Source: Harriotta raleighana
Lineage: Eukaryota
Direction: 5' to 3'
DNA length: 64,000 nt
Assembly: GCA_050575255.1 (NCBI GenBank)
Contig: JBNZDD010013720.1
Span: 5,366,196 to 5,430,195 of the forward strand
The notes under the pieces are model-generated. The model was not told where the DNA came from and searched no databases. It worked only from the letters and a program-made list of their open reading frames with translations. A program made the position numbers and the translations under genes. Shown here in pieces: positions 61,324 through 64,000 of this stretch (position 1 is its first letter; each line of letters starts with the position of its first letter).

Positions 61324-64000
61324 CTCACAATTTTCTGACAGATCTAGACGCAAGAATTCTACCAACTGAGTCAAATTGTCATGACTTGGTGTCTTCTCAG
61401 ATCTTGTATGGAATTACTTAATCAGCAACGATGACTGCGGTTCTCTTGTGCCATTATTTATTTGTTGTTTCTCGCATACACAGAGACACCTTTCTCTGGT
61501 TTAGAATCTCGAATGACAATTATTGAAGTCTGATGGAAGCAGCAATTCTTTTTGCCAATTTTTAACTACGCTATCTTGTCACCTGTGAAAAACCCCGTAC
61601 ATTCCCCTCTTCTTTGCCAGGAGAGCGCAGGTGAAGTCTGGCAAAACCCAAGGCAATAAGTAAGTTTCTTGATGATTGCCCAGATATAATCAACCTTTTA
61701 GGGAGTTGGCTTGCAAGATTATCATTTGTTGAGTTGGAAGAATCCCATTTGTCCCCAGAGTCCTTGTTAGGTAGAAAAGCCCATTATTATTTGCAATCTT
61801 GATTACTGCTGATTTACTTGAACTAAGCAGTGGATCACTTGCTTACCACAGTTCATGTCAGCTCTGTGCCTCCTTCATTGGACATGTCACATTGAAACCT
61901 GATCAACTCCATTTCTGCCACAACCTGTCTTCTCCTTTATCATTGACTGTGTCTGGTAGCAGAATGGAAGCATTCTTTTTTTGAGCTATTCAAAGGCTGT
62001 TTTCTAAGTGATAAATTGCCAAGTTTGACAGGTGACTGCTTCACCCAAGCTTGGCCAACTTGCTCATTCTATTGAACATGATAAGGAAACATACCAACCC
62101 GACTTCATTTCAAAATTTCCTATTAGTTTGGTTTACTATTTTTATACATATACAGTGGATTCACTTCATAGGCCATGAATTAACCTGATGTCTTTAGTTA
62201 CGGCAGCATAATGAGCAAGAGAATGAACAGTGATAGACTGTAAGCTCAATCAAATGCCTGAGAAATCAATCATGGCAATTGTAAACTCCTGAGTGCATTC
62301 TACTTTCTTTTCTATTACAGTATCTGTTCGGGGATGAAGATTAAGTATATGGTTGGCTGCCTTTCCCTGAAAATATATGAGCCATCCTAAAGCAATTTTT
62401 CAAATGGCACCTGTTTAAGAAAATTTGAAGAACATATTTGACTTGTAACTTACAGTTTAGTTATTGTACAGTACTTTTCCCACTTCTGAAATCCAAGAAT
62501 AATAATTCTCTCCTCCATCCATTACTTATTCTGTTTTTCTGACAGATAAAATGACAAGATATCCATTTCAATCTGGATTTACCATAGATTGGAAAAAAAT
62601 CACTAATAATGCTATGGATTTCAGAAAATCTTGAAATACTTATGCCTTCAAATGAAACTTCATTTACTGCATGGTTGGTGTTACAATATGTTCTGTTTCA
62701 ATTTATATCTGGTAGACGTTAAGAGTGGTCAGTGATTTCAGATTACTAAATACAGGTATCAGTATTAGTGATAGATTTTCGTTGAATGTTAAATACACTT
62801 AAATATTAATGCGCCCATTAAATTATTACTCTGCCTGTGATTAAATGTTACTAATCTTGCAGTTGCACTTCTGGTGGGAATTGAACAAACATTATTTAAA
62901 TAATACTCCTGTGGTTCTATACAGCAAGATTTAAATTGTATCTAAATGTATCTAAACTGTCATAAGTCTCTTCCTTACTCCTCACCCTACCTGCTTTACA
63001 CTCATTACATTACACTTCTCTGTCTGCTTCAATGTTTCAAGTCATCATGACTCAATTCCCACTTTGTGTGCAAGAGCTCACATTCATTTCAGCCAGCCAG
63101 TATTCCTGGTAATAACCAGTGTGCACAAATAACTAGTCTTGCTGGCTGCCAACCATGGAAACAAATGTTCCCTATTTTCTAACCATTTTTCTTTCAATGT
63201 CATCATTCCTTTTAGCTCAGCAATATTTATTGTGTTTTCTGACACATCAACAGGGCTCACTCTTCAAGATACAGTAAATCAAGCTACTGTACCTTGAATT
63301 GAGAATTAAAAAAGAACCCAAGCTCTATGCATGAACAATAAAAATGGCCAGTAGCACATGTACCATATGTCCTGAACATGGTTCTCAAATGTTTTGTGTT
63401 CTCTGTGTTTCATGTATGTAGATGTTTGCTTTGTGATTGTGCCTGTAGTCCTTTAACTGGCACTATACAGATCATTTTGTAGATTGGCTGATGTGAGTAC
63501 CCAAGTCAAAAAACAATTAAAATACAATTTGTGACTAATTGGACAAATGCTATGTCTCTTGTTAAAAAGAAAATGGAGAAAATATCTTGTGTAGAGCACT
63601 GTTCCCATCCACACATAAAGAGCTAATTTGTTTAGAAGTGCAGCTGACAGATAATGTGTTTTAGTTCATGGTGAGGTGTATGAAGGTAAGGCATTGTATT
63701 TAACGAATTAACCTGCAGGTGATCATGTTGTATTGAGTGGGGTTTGGACATGATTGTGATAGAGATAAATGGAAAGATTGTTGATGGTACAGTAATTATC
63801 AAGTTAAGCACCATGTCCTGTCAGAAATAATTTGGGCTTGTAAACCAGCACAATCCTGTTCCCAACAACAGGAACCCAGAAAATATCTTTGTTAAGTTTT
63901 TGCTTTCAGTCGTAAATTTTATTTGGATCATTTTCAAAACCTAAGATTTGGGTATTAAAGCAAGGTCTTCATAAATTACCAGCAAAGTATCCAAAAATAA

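Overview
AT-rich, repeat-dense eukaryotic non-coding DNA from a draft scaffold, with 3 N-gaps and 5 single-N joins. I recognise no host coding exon, tRNA/rRNA gene or CRISPR array, so it reads as a large intron or gene desert. The repeat set is CR1 and L2 LINE fragments, tRNA-derived SINEs with a Deu-like core, older SacSINE1/AmnSINE1-like Deu-SINEs, TA-flanked pogo/Tigger-like MITEs and short Penelope-like terminal-repeat insertions. This set suggests a cartilaginous fish, possibly a chimaera (inference from recalled consensus sequences, no search run). Most notable: three short TSD-flanked insertions whose consensus gives a minimal type I hammerhead ribozyme, a perfect 23-bp near-palindromic array of about 30 copies, a MITE family sharing one end but carrying different cargo, and a GC-rich TSD-flanked insertion hidden by a gap. 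Repeat boundaries are read by eye and are approximate unless TIRs or TSDs are quoted.
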